Of a DNA stretch of 26,975 nt, positions 19,001 through 25,762 are shown in pieces. A model generated the notes under the pieces. It had not been told where the DNA came from. It saw only the letters and a program-made list of their open reading frames with translations, and searched no databases. The translations under genes were made by a program, and so were the position numbers. Origin of the DNA: a virus (taxonomy: Duplodnaviria > Caudoviricetes); IMG/VR virus record IMGVR_UViG_3300038675_000903, positions 1-26,975 of that record; one strand, 5' to 3'. Numbering within the stretch: position 1 is the first letter of the stretch; every line of letters begins with the position of its first letter.

Positions 19001-19390
19001 AGCGGCGTGATTTCGGCGATGCGTTCCGCCGCGCTCGCTGCGGTCAGCGCCGCGAAAAGTACGCTCAAAATCAGTTCACCCTCCGGTGTGTTCCGAGATG
19101 AAATCGGACGCATGGCGATGCGCGGTTTCGGACAGGGCGTGCTGCTGGAAACGAAGCGTCAGGCACGGGTCATACAGAACGCATCCCGATACCTGACCGG
19201 CGCGGCGAAGCACGGTTCCGTTACGACGAACACCAACGACAATCGGCGCACCTATAACCAGTCCAGCAATGTGAACCTCACTGGCAACACGTTCTATGTC
19301 CGTGACGAACAGGATATCCGAGCGTTGGCGGTAGAGATCGCTACGCTCACCAAACGCCAGCAGCGCGGACGCGGTCTGCGAATGGCGTAA
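13082..19390 (+). CDS. Tail tape measure protein, 2102 aa
   Basis: TTG after AAGGAGGTG. Ala-rich coiled coil, TP901-type core (AS.DYESAFT.VRKTV...AGQLGI), C-terminal LKISSPS.VF. Follows the chaperone genes. Confidence 0.96.
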   Translation: MSDTLRELVVSLSLDSDNFARNLRTINKQIKEAESTFLLAGAGVDNFEKTVNGLSSKLTMLQTKLTQQNLAVDQYARALTAANQKLADSYARQDKMKAELTTATALYQNLGAKVSESAARYEGFQNAVTQSTTASEAAKSRLSGLTEEQVRAAEKVRQLTDDVQVCSEVLKLSGDAKQADRDELAAMEAALQKAQDEYADLGRQIQVASTAYEDSKKAIADNEEAARQEGETLKRLKEEHQAAADKVKLLEGQIKSNSKTLQNNADAIATAQANLNAAKAAVKTTEAEIAKCNQALALAQTKWDEAGESIKQSQAAIVSFGKQIGLAESRFKLASAGIKDLNKSVEGLSAKLTFLNEKLVLQRESVEKYEDALRAAREQQEAAKTANDPEKIHQATDAVTDAETALNKAKAAVKETEAEIGELNKKLAVMESQWTQAGESLEAFSKKCDKVGKALSKAGRLLTTTVSAPIAALGVTAIKASIDYESAFTSVRKTVDATEDEFAELSSSIKTMSTQVASSASDIAEVVAVAGQLGIANEHLMGFAKTMIDLGNSTDIVAEEAASTLAKFANITNMNQSEFERLGSTLVDLGNNYATTESAIMEMSLRLAAAGHQVGLTESQILGFATALSSVGIEAQMGGSAFSKALVKMEVACATGGDALEDFGKVSGMTAKQFKALFESDPAAAFQAFIVGLSKMDDEGESAIAVLDEIGIKEVRLRDTLLRATNATELFSNTQKTANEAWAENTALSTEANKRYATTESRLTNLKNTALLFAQQIGDDLNPTVQVLIDKANELLASFMGLDESQRMAIIKFAAVTAAVGPAILVIGKMVSGIGKVSAAFAVVSKGIGKFSGAVKLAGGGIGGFVKTLASSKLVIAALAAAVVYGAYKWYDYASGAKTAREALEGMNETAKQWRENAAETFYGSAEGLSFFGMSEEDFTRAEQSSEDWLNGLLAVWSDGKKETNEIVTEWTDSFKALTASTRDELTEMKATADQAGYTGVSEQLQTDIEQLDAMDAEIERLLKKRQSRNFTDKDKIRLQELIDAREAIEIKYHLSPADTDGFDTILDKLEAEVARARAKGQTDASASVYENALLAAAQGYAAINAELDTQYDKEYALVQLIEGDAERRHAQEALDAKYSDNRLAAAREYAQTMAAIVMPVWNQPDIQAADAAIDTLYGKLREYSIAANNGDTLGMAKALEDMNALTSSMDEGALTEYYALLTQIQSLMDAGMSEEEIQAIFPDIDVSSQMQQLASLTQFVTDHKDTLEGLSGIFSEAVPEEVLKIATDLDMTGAQARWDEFAANPGAITTEAIIAGYTEAENAARVQPQVTAFISGYTEIAEGASTASLTPTGLLAYVAKYAEVVTGADMSGLTPENVTAMVSAYEELATGVDVSKLTPAEITAYISTYLESQGVDTSNLTPGGITAFVLAYEEVTGGASTTNLSADGLVAYIHQYAEQNGGADTSGLTPKNVSAMVSAYRELESGADITALTPSEITAYISTYLESEGYDITALGPGGVTAFVGAYQEMNGGASTTKLMPSDIAAIVTSYLEAEEVDVTALSEPQIDALVTAYSEATGCDKTALKTELVAYISKYQNAEGVATPSIITCQVSISGYDLAAYTQFVKDHPVTVTGLVRLGEVYDEPTEVLEEPNATFWENGQEIPVNLVPANKIDATTLMAYEDDGTLHVLITPTISGTPEALEEAVSALESTEHQGSIGARWANDTTIDDLRNLNEYLVGIDNEMKSFLNIGGWMNGWDRNAASSTISNYLDATEIANIQSYVGEAIAALNNGETLSEDMVANLQAIQNLVELMDSIGVGDEIVAGIAQAMTEAGMDTTAETVAANIETALNTALGIESPSTRMMPIGENTAAGIGEGMSSYDMSAYASVLAGNLQTALESGLGADVLQSIGTSAATSIGSGITAYDISSSAGTLSSNAKSALASSFSASGFRSIGLNAMYGLRAGIVAGRSGVISAMRSAALAAVSAAKSTLKISSPSGVFRDEIGRMAMRGFGQGVLLETKRQARVIQNASRYLTGAAKHGSVTTNTNDNRRTYNQSSNVNLTGNTFYVRDEQDIRALAVEIATLTKRQQRGRGLRMA
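17111..17840 (+). repeat. Intragenic repeat in tape measure: 285-bp (95 aa) unit built of ~24-aa subrepeats
   Basis: GAST.. units start at 17111, 17396 and 17681. Subunit consensus LTP..(I/V)TA(Y/F)(I/V)S.Y.E..G.D. Confidence 0.85.
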
Positions 19391-19407
19391 CTGCGAGGAG
19401 GAGTTTC

Positions 19408-20283
19408 ATGGGAAAAATCATCGATGTGTCCGCATGGCAGGGAGCCATTGACTGGAAACAAGCCTCCAAAGAAGTAGATTTGGTGATTCTGCGTGCGAGC
19501 TGCGGCTTGAACGCGGATGAGCGAATTCAAGACAACATCACGGGCTGCAATGAAAACGGCGTGCCGTGGGGCAGTTACCATTACCTCATGGCGACGACCG
19601 TCGCGCGCGCCGAACGGGAAGCCGAGGTATACTGGAACGCGCACGCAGGCAAAAAGCCCGCTTTCTTTGTGTGTGATGTCGAGCATAAGGCGCTTATTTA
19701 CAAAAACGGTCAGCAGATTCCCATGAATCCCAACGCCCCGAAGGTCATCGCGGCATTCGTGAGGAAACTACGCGCGCTGGGCGCAGAACGGATTGCCTAT
19801 TACGGCGGACAGAGCATCATATCCGGTGCGTTCGATATCGCGTCCGACGCGAAGACCGGTGCGAACTGGGATTTCCTTTGGCTGGCGGCGTATGGCATAA
19901 ACGACGGCACGGTGAGTAAAACGCCGACGATTTCCTGCGCACTGCACCAGTTTACGAGCAAGGGCAGCGTCGCGGGAATCGATACCCGCGTAGATCTGAA
20001 TCGGTTGACGGGCGAGAAGACGCTGTCTTTCTTTACCGGCGCATCGGACAAGCCTGCCGCTCCGACATCCGTAGGAAAACGAGTGAAAATCGTGAAGCCG
20101 AACGCGTGGTGTGTCCGCAGCGGTAACGGGAAAGCGTTCCCGATACTTGGTTATGCGCAGATTGGCGACAGTTTCCCGTATGTCGCTCGCGCGGAGAACG
20201 GTTGGCTGTGCGTCCTGTACAGAACCGGCCTGCTCGGTTGGATAAACGAAGGCTGCGCGGAGATAGAATTCGTCACAGAATAG
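19408..20283 (+). CDS. GH25 muramidase with C-terminal SH3b-like domain (lysin)
   Basis: IIDVSAWQG.IDW, G.YHY, catalytic DVE, LWLAAYG, HQFTSKG.V.GI...VDLN. P/A/T linker, then VRSG.G..F.ILG.A..G...GW..GWI. Confidence 0.92.
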   Translation: MGKIIDVSAWQGAIDWKQASKEVDLVILRASCGLNADERIQDNITGCNENGVPWGSYHYLMATTVARAEREAEVYWNAHAGKKPAFFVCDVEHKALIYKNGQQIPMNPNAPKVIAAFVRKLRALGAERIAYYGGQSIISGAFDIASDAKTGANWDFLWLAAYGINDGTVSKTPTISCALHQFTSKGSVAGIDTRVDLNRLTGEKTLSFFTGASDKPAAPTSVGKRVKIVKPNAWCVRSGNGKAFPILGYAQIGDSFPYVARAENGWLCVLYRTGLLGWINEGCAEIEFVTE

Positions 20284-20356
20284 ACGCGGTAAGTTATCTT
20301 GCCTGCGCGCAAATGTAGAGCCATACTGTCATGACAAAACCGAAGGAGGTCTAGGT

Positions 20357-20539
20357 ATGGCTGAATCGATGAATCTCAACAAAAGCTGTTTGTTTTGCCA
20401 GAACAGTTTTTCGCTGCCCGCGAACGAAGCGTTCGACGACGGGACGGTTAGCGAGTACGACCGTCTCGTATGTGTATTGAAGCGGCGTGTTGTGCGCGAC
20501 GAGGATACTTGCGAAGAGCGTAACAACGCTCCCGCCTAA
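20357..20539 (+). CDS. Small 4-Cys hypothetical protein (possible metal binding)
   Basis: RBS AAGGAGGT. CxxC...C-x11-C. Possible promoter TTGCCT-17-CATACT (20299-20327). Confidence 0.65.
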   Translation: MAESMNLNKSCLFCQNSFSLPANEAFDDGTVSEYDRLVCVLKRRVVRDEDTCEERNNAPA

Positions 20540-20561
20540 ATAACCGTTTGAGGAGGACTTT

Positions 20562-21236
20562 ATGTCACACTTTACTATCGCCGTGTTTTCTCGCTCCCCC
20601 GAAGATGTGGAATCCCTGCTGGCTCCCTTTGAGGAAGGCGTGGAGGCTGATTCGCCGTATGCTGAATTCGTTAAGGATGAAGAATACGACTTGGATAAAG
20701 CCGCTGGAGAGCGCGGTTACTGGTATAACCCGAACGCGCGCTGGGATTGGTACGAGCGAGGCGGGAGATGGTTCGGACTGCTCCGACTGAAACCCGGAAA
20801 GCATGGCGCATATGACGACGACACAGCGTCCAAGCGCGACCCGTCGCGTTGCGATAGCGCGCTGGTGGCTGACTGCGACTTCTCACCGAACCTTGAGCAT
20901 AAGGCACGCATCGAGCGGAACTGGGAGATACAGGTGGAAGGATCGCCGCTACGAGCGGACGAAAAGGCGGAAGACTATCTGCAAATCTACAATCGAGAGT
21001 ATTATCTCAATCGATACGGCACAAAAGATAAGTATGTTCAGTCTATGACCGCCTTTCATACCTACGCTTTCCTTACCCCGGATGGCCAGTGGTTTGAGCC
21101 GGGCAGAATGGGCTGGTTCGCCTGCGACGACGCGACAAAAGAATCCCGCGAAGCGTATGAGTTGAAATTCGCGGAGTATCTCGCGGAGGCGGAGAAGCAG
21201 GGGCTGTATATCACCGTTGTGGACGCCCATATCTAA
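20562..21236 (+). CDS. Conserved phage hypothetical protein, 224 aa
   Basis: RBS GAGGAGG. MSHFT.AV, YNPNARWDWY..GGRW, AFLTPDG.W.E.G.MGW, and terminal VD.H resemble an uncharacterised phage family. Confidence 0.8.
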   Translation: MSHFTIAVFSRSPEDVESLLAPFEEGVEADSPYAEFVKDEEYDLDKAAGERGYWYNPNARWDWYERGGRWFGLLRLKPGKHGAYDDDTASKRDPSRCDSALVADCDFSPNLEHKARIERNWEIQVEGSPLRADEKAEDYLQIYNREYYLNRYGTKDKYVQSMTAFHTYAFLTPDGQWFEPGRMGWFACDDATKESREAYELKFAEYLAEAEKQGLYITVVDAHI

Positions 21237-21276
21237 GATGTCCGGAGACACACTATATAATAGAAGAAACGCGTGC

Positions 21277-21303
21277 GCGCCCGCTGCGGCATGGGCGCTT
21301 TTT
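21277..21303 (+). terminator. Probable intrinsic terminator upstream of Dit
   Basis: GCGCCCG...TGGGCGC followed by TTTTT. Confidence 0.6.
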
Positions 21304-21322
21304 CATGCTTGGAGGTGCGGTA

Positions 21323-22024
21323 ATGGCGAATGATTGGTTTGACTGGAACGGCGCGCGCTGTACTCAATACGACATGCATGTGCTTACGCAGCCGACGCTC
21401 ACCCGCGCCTCCGAGCGCGCCGTGTTTACATCCGTGCCCGGTCGCAGCGGTACGCTTACGACGCTGGAAGGCGACGACATATACGACGATATGATTCTCA
21501 CTGCCACTTGCATGATCGCAAACACAAATCGGCTGTCCGAAATCTGCGGTTGGCTCAAAGGCGGCGGCGAGGTGACGTTCGCCAACCGACCGAACGGTTT
21601 TTATAAGGCGCGAATCATCAACCAGATCAGCTTCGAGAAGATATTGCGCGGCAATCCGCACTGTTCGTTCGCTGTCAACTTCCGCTGTCAGCCGTTCCTG
21701 TATCGGAAAAATGTGGCGGCAGTCGAGTTCACATCATCTGGCGGCGCGATATCGAACCCGTGCAGCGCCTCGTCGGAGCCGGTCATTACCGTCTATGGAA
21801 ACGGCGAAATTACCCTCATGATTGGCTTGACCGTCGTGGAACTGACCGACGTCTCCGGGAGTATTACGCTCGACACGCCGCTCATGGAGGCCTACTCCGG
21901 CTTTACGAGCCAGAATAGCCGTATGAACGGCGAGTTTCCCGTGCTCACGCCGGGCATTAACGGCGTAAGCTGGACGGGCGACGTGACCAAGGTCGTCATT
22001 GCGCCCAATTGGAGAGAATTGTAA
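21323..22024 (+). CDS. Distal tail protein (Dit)
   Basis: WF.WNG, VPGRSG.L, WL.G.G..TF, F.VNF.CQPF.Y, EP.I.VYG.G, FP.L.PG.N.V.W.G.V..V.I.P.WR. ATG after GGAGGTG. Confidence 0.9.
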   Translation: MANDWFDWNGARCTQYDMHVLTQPTLTRASERAVFTSVPGRSGTLTTLEGDDIYDDMILTATCMIANTNRLSEICGWLKGGGEVTFANRPNGFYKARIINQISFEKILRGNPHCSFAVNFRCQPFLYRKNVAAVEFTSSGGAISNPCSASSEPVITVYGNGEITLMIGLTVVELTDVSGSITLDTPLMEAYSGFTSQNSRMNGEFPVLTPGINGVSWTGDVTKVVIAPNWREL

Positions 22025-22030
22025 TCTAAT

Positions 22031-22079
22031 TTTGCTTGACAAAACGATGCAAACGTAATATAATTGCATTACAAGCAAA
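22031..22079 (+). promoter_or_regulatory. Consensus sigma70 promoter with nested inverted repeats (RelB-PIN module)
   Basis: TTGACA (22036-41), 17 bp, TATAAT (22059-64). Inverted repeats TTTGCTTG/CAAGCAAA (22031-38, 22072-79) and ATGCAA/TTGCAT (22047-52, 22064-69). Confidence 0.9.
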
Positions 22080-22114
22080 TACAGGTGCTTAGTTCTTATG
22101 GGAGGTTTGAGCGT

Positions 22115-22420
22115 ATGGCGAACACATTGTTGCAAATACGAATAGATGAAGCGTTGAAAAATGAAGCGGCAGCCATTTATGAAGCGCTGGGATTTGACTT
22201 GCCAACAGCAATAAGGGTTTTTTTGAAACGATCTGTCGCTGAAGGAGGCATCCCATTTGACATGAAGTTGACAAAAGATCGGTATCGCAGTTTTGATGCG
22301 TGGCAGCTTGCTTTAGATATGGGTCGAGCTGCGCAACAAAATGGCACGAGCGAAATGTCGCTTGACGAAATTAACGCTGAAATCACCGCTTCCAGAGAGG
22401 CACGGCATGATCAGACATGA
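22115..22420 (+). CDS. RelB/DinJ-family antitoxin, 101 aa
   Basis: LLQIRIDE.LK.EA..IYE.LG.DL.TAIR.FLK.SV.E.GIPF. ATG after GGGAGGT. Confidence 0.92.
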   Translation: MANTLLQIRIDEALKNEAAAIYEALGFDLPTAIRVFLKRSVAEGGIPFDMKLTKDRYRSFDAWQLALDMGRAAQQNGTSEMSLDEINAEITASREARHDQT

Positions 22421-22833
22421 AAACATACTATGCTGTGATTGATACCAATGTATTGGTATCCGCCTTACTAAAACCGTCTTCTATCCCCGGGCAAGTTCTT
22501 AAGCATGTGTTCGTTGGAAGGATTATTCCATTGATTGACGGACGCATTATAGATGAGTATCGTGATGTGCTAATGCGGCCAAAATTTCAGTTTGAGGTAG
22601 ACAGTATAGAGCGTTTGATTACAGAGTATGAGAAATGCGCTATCAACGTGAAGGCTGCACCTTCTACAGAGGTCTTTATCGACCGGGACGACGTAATCTT
22701 TTATGAGGTTGCGATGGAAAAGCAAAGCGAGAGCGCATACCTTGTAACAGGAAATCTAAAACACTATCCACTAAAGCCATTTATTGTTACAGCTCGCGAA
22801 ATGCTAGAGATTATTAGTGAAATTGAAGAATAG
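22417..22833 (+). CDS. PIN-domain toxin (PIN_3/COG1569-like)
   Basis: [39 protein letters not shown] overlap with the antitoxin. Confidence 0.92.
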   Translation: MKTYYAVIDTNVLVSALLKPSSIPGQVLKHVFVGRIIPLIDGRIIDEYRDVLMRPKFQFEVDSIERLITEYEKCAINVKAAPSTEVFIDRDDVIFYEVAMEKQSESAYLVTGNLKHYPLKPFIVTAREMLEIISEIEE

Positions 22834-22850
22834 AGAGAAAAGTTTATCAT

Positions 22851-22881
22851 AGCGTCCATCGAAAGATGGGCGTTTTCTTTT
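22851..22881 (+). terminator. Intrinsic terminator after the PIN gene
   Basis: AGCGTCCATC-gaaa-GATGGGCGTT followed by TTCTTTT. Confidence 0.85.
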
Positions 22882-22901
22882 ACCTGTTTGGAGGTGATGC
22901 C

Positions 22902-25748
22902 ATGATCTGCGTCTACGCGCCGAATGAGACGGACTTTTCGACCAATGGGCTGGGCGTGGTCTTGCCTTCCACTTGTGTTGTGACCGAAACGCTGAACGGT
23001 GAGTGGGAGCTTCAGCTTACGCACCCGCTGGACGCGCAAGGCAAATGGCAACGGCTCATCGAGGGCAATATCCTGAAAGCGCCCGTGCCCGCCGCATCAA
23101 CTCCGCAGGTCAGGCTCATGCAGCCCGGTGCGTCGCGGCTTATCTACAGAGTGAACACGCAGCGCGACCCGCTTAGGCTGCGCAGCGGCACGGGCACGAA
23201 CTACAAAATCCTCGCCAAATACAAAAAGGGTACGCAGGTCGTGGTCGTTCAGCAGACGACCAGCTCGTGGTACGAGGTCATTTGCCCGGATGGGAAGCGC
23301 GGATACATGTACGCGAGTTATCTCGCTTACGTGCGTACCGACAGCGATCCCGCGCAGCCTACGGGCGGCATCGTCGAGCCGAAACAATTGCGAGATCAGC
23401 CGTTTCGTATTTACCGGGTCGTGCCGGAGCTTACACAAGTGTCGGTCTACGCCCGCCATATCTTCTATGATCTGGCGGACAATATGATCAAGAAGTATGA
23501 GCCTTCCTCGTCGCTCGCGGGCGCGAGCGTGGTCGCGGGCATCTCCGAGAACTGTCAGTCCGAGCACGGGTTCACCTTCTATTCCGATCTCGACGCTACA
23601 GCGGAAGAGGTTTTGTTCGAGAACAAGAATCCCGTGGAAGCGCTGCTCGGCGAGGGCGGCGTTACGGAAAAGTACGCGGGCGAACTGGCGCGAGACTGGT
23701 ACGACGTGTTCATGGTCAAGCGCGTGGGCACGGATACCGACATCCAGATCCGCGAGGGCAAGAACCTGCTCGGCATTTCCTACGACGTGGATGCCGCCGA
23801 CGTTGTCACGCGCATTATGCCCACGGGCGAGACGAAGGACGGCGAAACGCTGTATCTGCCCGAGCTGTACATCGACAGTCCCTATATCGATCAGTATCCG
23901 CACCCCAAATGGATACACCTCGCCGTTTCCGACGCGAAGGAAGCGACCGAGGGCGACGATAGAAAATCGAAAGCGCAGTGCTATGCCGAGATGCGGGACG
24001 CGGCGCAGGCGGAGTTCGATAAAGGTTGCGACATGCCCACGGTCACATTGACGGTCGATTTCATCAACTGCGCGGACACGGAGGAATATCGGCAGTACGG
24101 CTTCCTCGCCAATATCTTTCTGGGCGACGCCGTTCATGTAATCGCCCGAAGAATCGGCGTTTCCGTGTTCATGCGCATGACGCAGTATTCGTATGACTGC
24201 CTGACGCGCAAGTACACAAAGGTGACGCTGGGCACGGTCGCGGACAGCGTGGAGAACAGCCTCGTCTCTGCGCGGCAGTTGGCTTCGGGCAGCATCACCG
24301 GCGCGAAGCTGGCGATGAACAGCGTGGGCGCGGGACAGATTGTGAACGGTTCGGTGGGCAGCTTGCAGATCGGACTTGCGGCAATCCAGTCCGCGCATAT
24401 CCAGAACGCGGCGATTAACAGCGCGCATATCGGACAGGCGCAAATCGGTATGGCGCACATACAGGACGCGTCCATTACCTCCGCGAAGATCGCCGAAGCC
24501 GCGATAGAGTCCGCGCACATTGGCACGGCGGCAATCGATACGGCGAATATCAAAGACGCGGCGATTACGGCGGCCAAAATCGAGGATGCTACGATCACCT
24601 CTGTGAAAATCGGCGACGCGCAAATCCAAACGGCGCATATTCACGACGCGGCGATCACCAACGCCAAGATCGGCGAAGCCGCTATCGACACGGCGAACAT
24701 ACGGGACGCCGCTATCAACACGGCGCATATTAAAGACGCGGCGATTACCAACGCGAAGATTGGCGGCGCGGCCATCGATACCGCGAATATCCGCGACGCG
24801 GCGATTGTAACCGCCAAGATACTGGACTCGAGCATTACCAGAGCCAAGATTGCAGACCTTGCCGTGGATTCCGCGAAGATTGACGACCTTGCGGTGACTA
24901 CGGCGAAGATCGCGCAAGCCGCCATTACGAACGCCAAGATTGCCAACGCCGCCGTGGGCACGGCGCAGATTGCCTTGGGCGCGATTACTGCCGCGCTCAT
25001 TGAAAATGGCGCGATAGGCACCGCGCAGATCGCGGCCGCGAGCATCACCGACGCCAAAATCGTCGAGTTGTCCGCAAACCGCATCACCACGGGCGTGCTG
25101 TCCGTCGAGCGGCTCATCATACGCGGCACGGAGCAGTCGCTAATCTACGCCATCAACAACATGGGAGAACTTGTATCTACACAGGTAGATACCATAGACG
25201 GCTATGTATTGACGGAACGAACGATCACCGCCGACAAGATTGTCGCGCACTCCATTACGGCGGATGAGATCGCCGCCAAGACGATCACCGCCAATGAGAT
25301 ACTGGCGGGAACGATTACCGGCGCGGAGATCGCCGCCGCGACCATTGAGGGTTCGAACATCAAAGCGGGCACGCTGACCACCAGCCTTGTCGCCGCTGAC
25401 TTTGGTCAGACGCTCGACTTGACCAGCAACGTAGGCATCAATCAGCGCGTATCTCAGGTATACACCGATATGGACGCTCTCATCGGGTACAGAATCGAGA
25501 TCGTTTCGACTTCGGATATCCTGTCGAGCGCCGTTCAGTCTACGACGCTGCTGGCACGCGTCTGGCACGGGAGCGAGGATGTGACCGAGACCATGCCCGC
25601 CGCGCGTTTTCGCTGGACGCGCGTGTCCGCCGATAGTACTGCCGACCGACTTTGGAACGCGGCGCATATCGGTATGAAATGCATCACGCTCACGGTGCGC
25701 GACGTGCAGTACAGCGCGACCTATTCCTGTGAATTGACAGATGAGTAA
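22902..25748 (+). CDS. Tal-like minor tail / tail spike protein with inserted SH3b domain and 10-aa repeat shaft, 948 aa
   Basis: N-terminal [57 protein letters not shown]3b at about 23140-23335. AAIT.AKI repeats. Confidence 0.88.
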   Translation: MICVYAPNETDFSTNGLGVVLPSTCVVTETLNGEWELQLTHPLDAQGKWQRLIEGNILKAPVPAASTPQVRLMQPGASRLIYRVNTQRDPLRLRSGTGTNYKILAKYKKGTQVVVVQQTTSSWYEVICPDGKRGYMYASYLAYVRTDSDPAQPTGGIVEPKQLRDQPFRIYRVVPELTQVSVYARHIFYDLADNMIKKYEPSSSLAGASVVAGISENCQSEHGFTFYSDLDATAEEVLFENKNPVEALLGEGGVTEKYAGELARDWYDVFMVKRVGTDTDIQIREGKNLLGISYDVDAADVVTRIMPTGETKDGETLYLPELYIDSPYIDQYPHPKWIHLAVSDAKEATEGDDRKSKAQCYAEMRDAAQAEFDKGCDMPTVTLTVDFINCADTEEYRQYGFLANIFLGDAVHVIARRIGVSVFMRMTQYSYDCLTRKYTKVTLGTVADSVENSLVSARQLASGSITGAKLAMNSVGAGQIVNGSVGSLQIGLAAIQSAHIQNAAINSAHIGQAQIGMAHIQDASITSAKIAEAAIESAHIGTAAIDTANIKDAAITAAKIEDATITSVKIGDAQIQTAHIHDAAITNAKIGEAAIDTANIRDAAINTAHIKDAAITNAKIGGAAIDTANIRDAAIVTAKILDSSITRAKIADLAVDSAKIDDLAVTTAKIAQAAITNAKIANAAVGTAQIALGAITAALIENGAIGTAQIAAASITDAKIVELSANRITTGVLSVERLIIRGTEQSLIYAINNMGELVSTQVDTIDGYVLTERTITADKIVAHSITADEIAAKTITANEILAGTITGAEIAAATIEGSNIKAGTLTTSLVAADFGQTLDLTSNVGINQRVSQVYTDMDALIGYRIEIVSTSDILSSAVQSTTLLARVWHGSEDVTETMPAARFRWTRVSADSTADRLWNAAHIGMKCITLTVRDVQYSATYSCELTDE
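24290..25390 (+). repeat. Decapeptide repeats (AAITxAKIxD / [10 protein letters not shown]), probable beta-helix
   Basis: Roughly 30 imperfect 10-aa units with Ile every 5 residues, read from the translation. Confidence 0.85.
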
Positions 25749-25762
25749 CGGAGGGAATCAGT

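Noticed and set aside
23097-24917. 606-aa minus-strand ORF
   Set aside because: Antisense shadow of Tal; its periodicity simply mirrors the sense-strand repeats.
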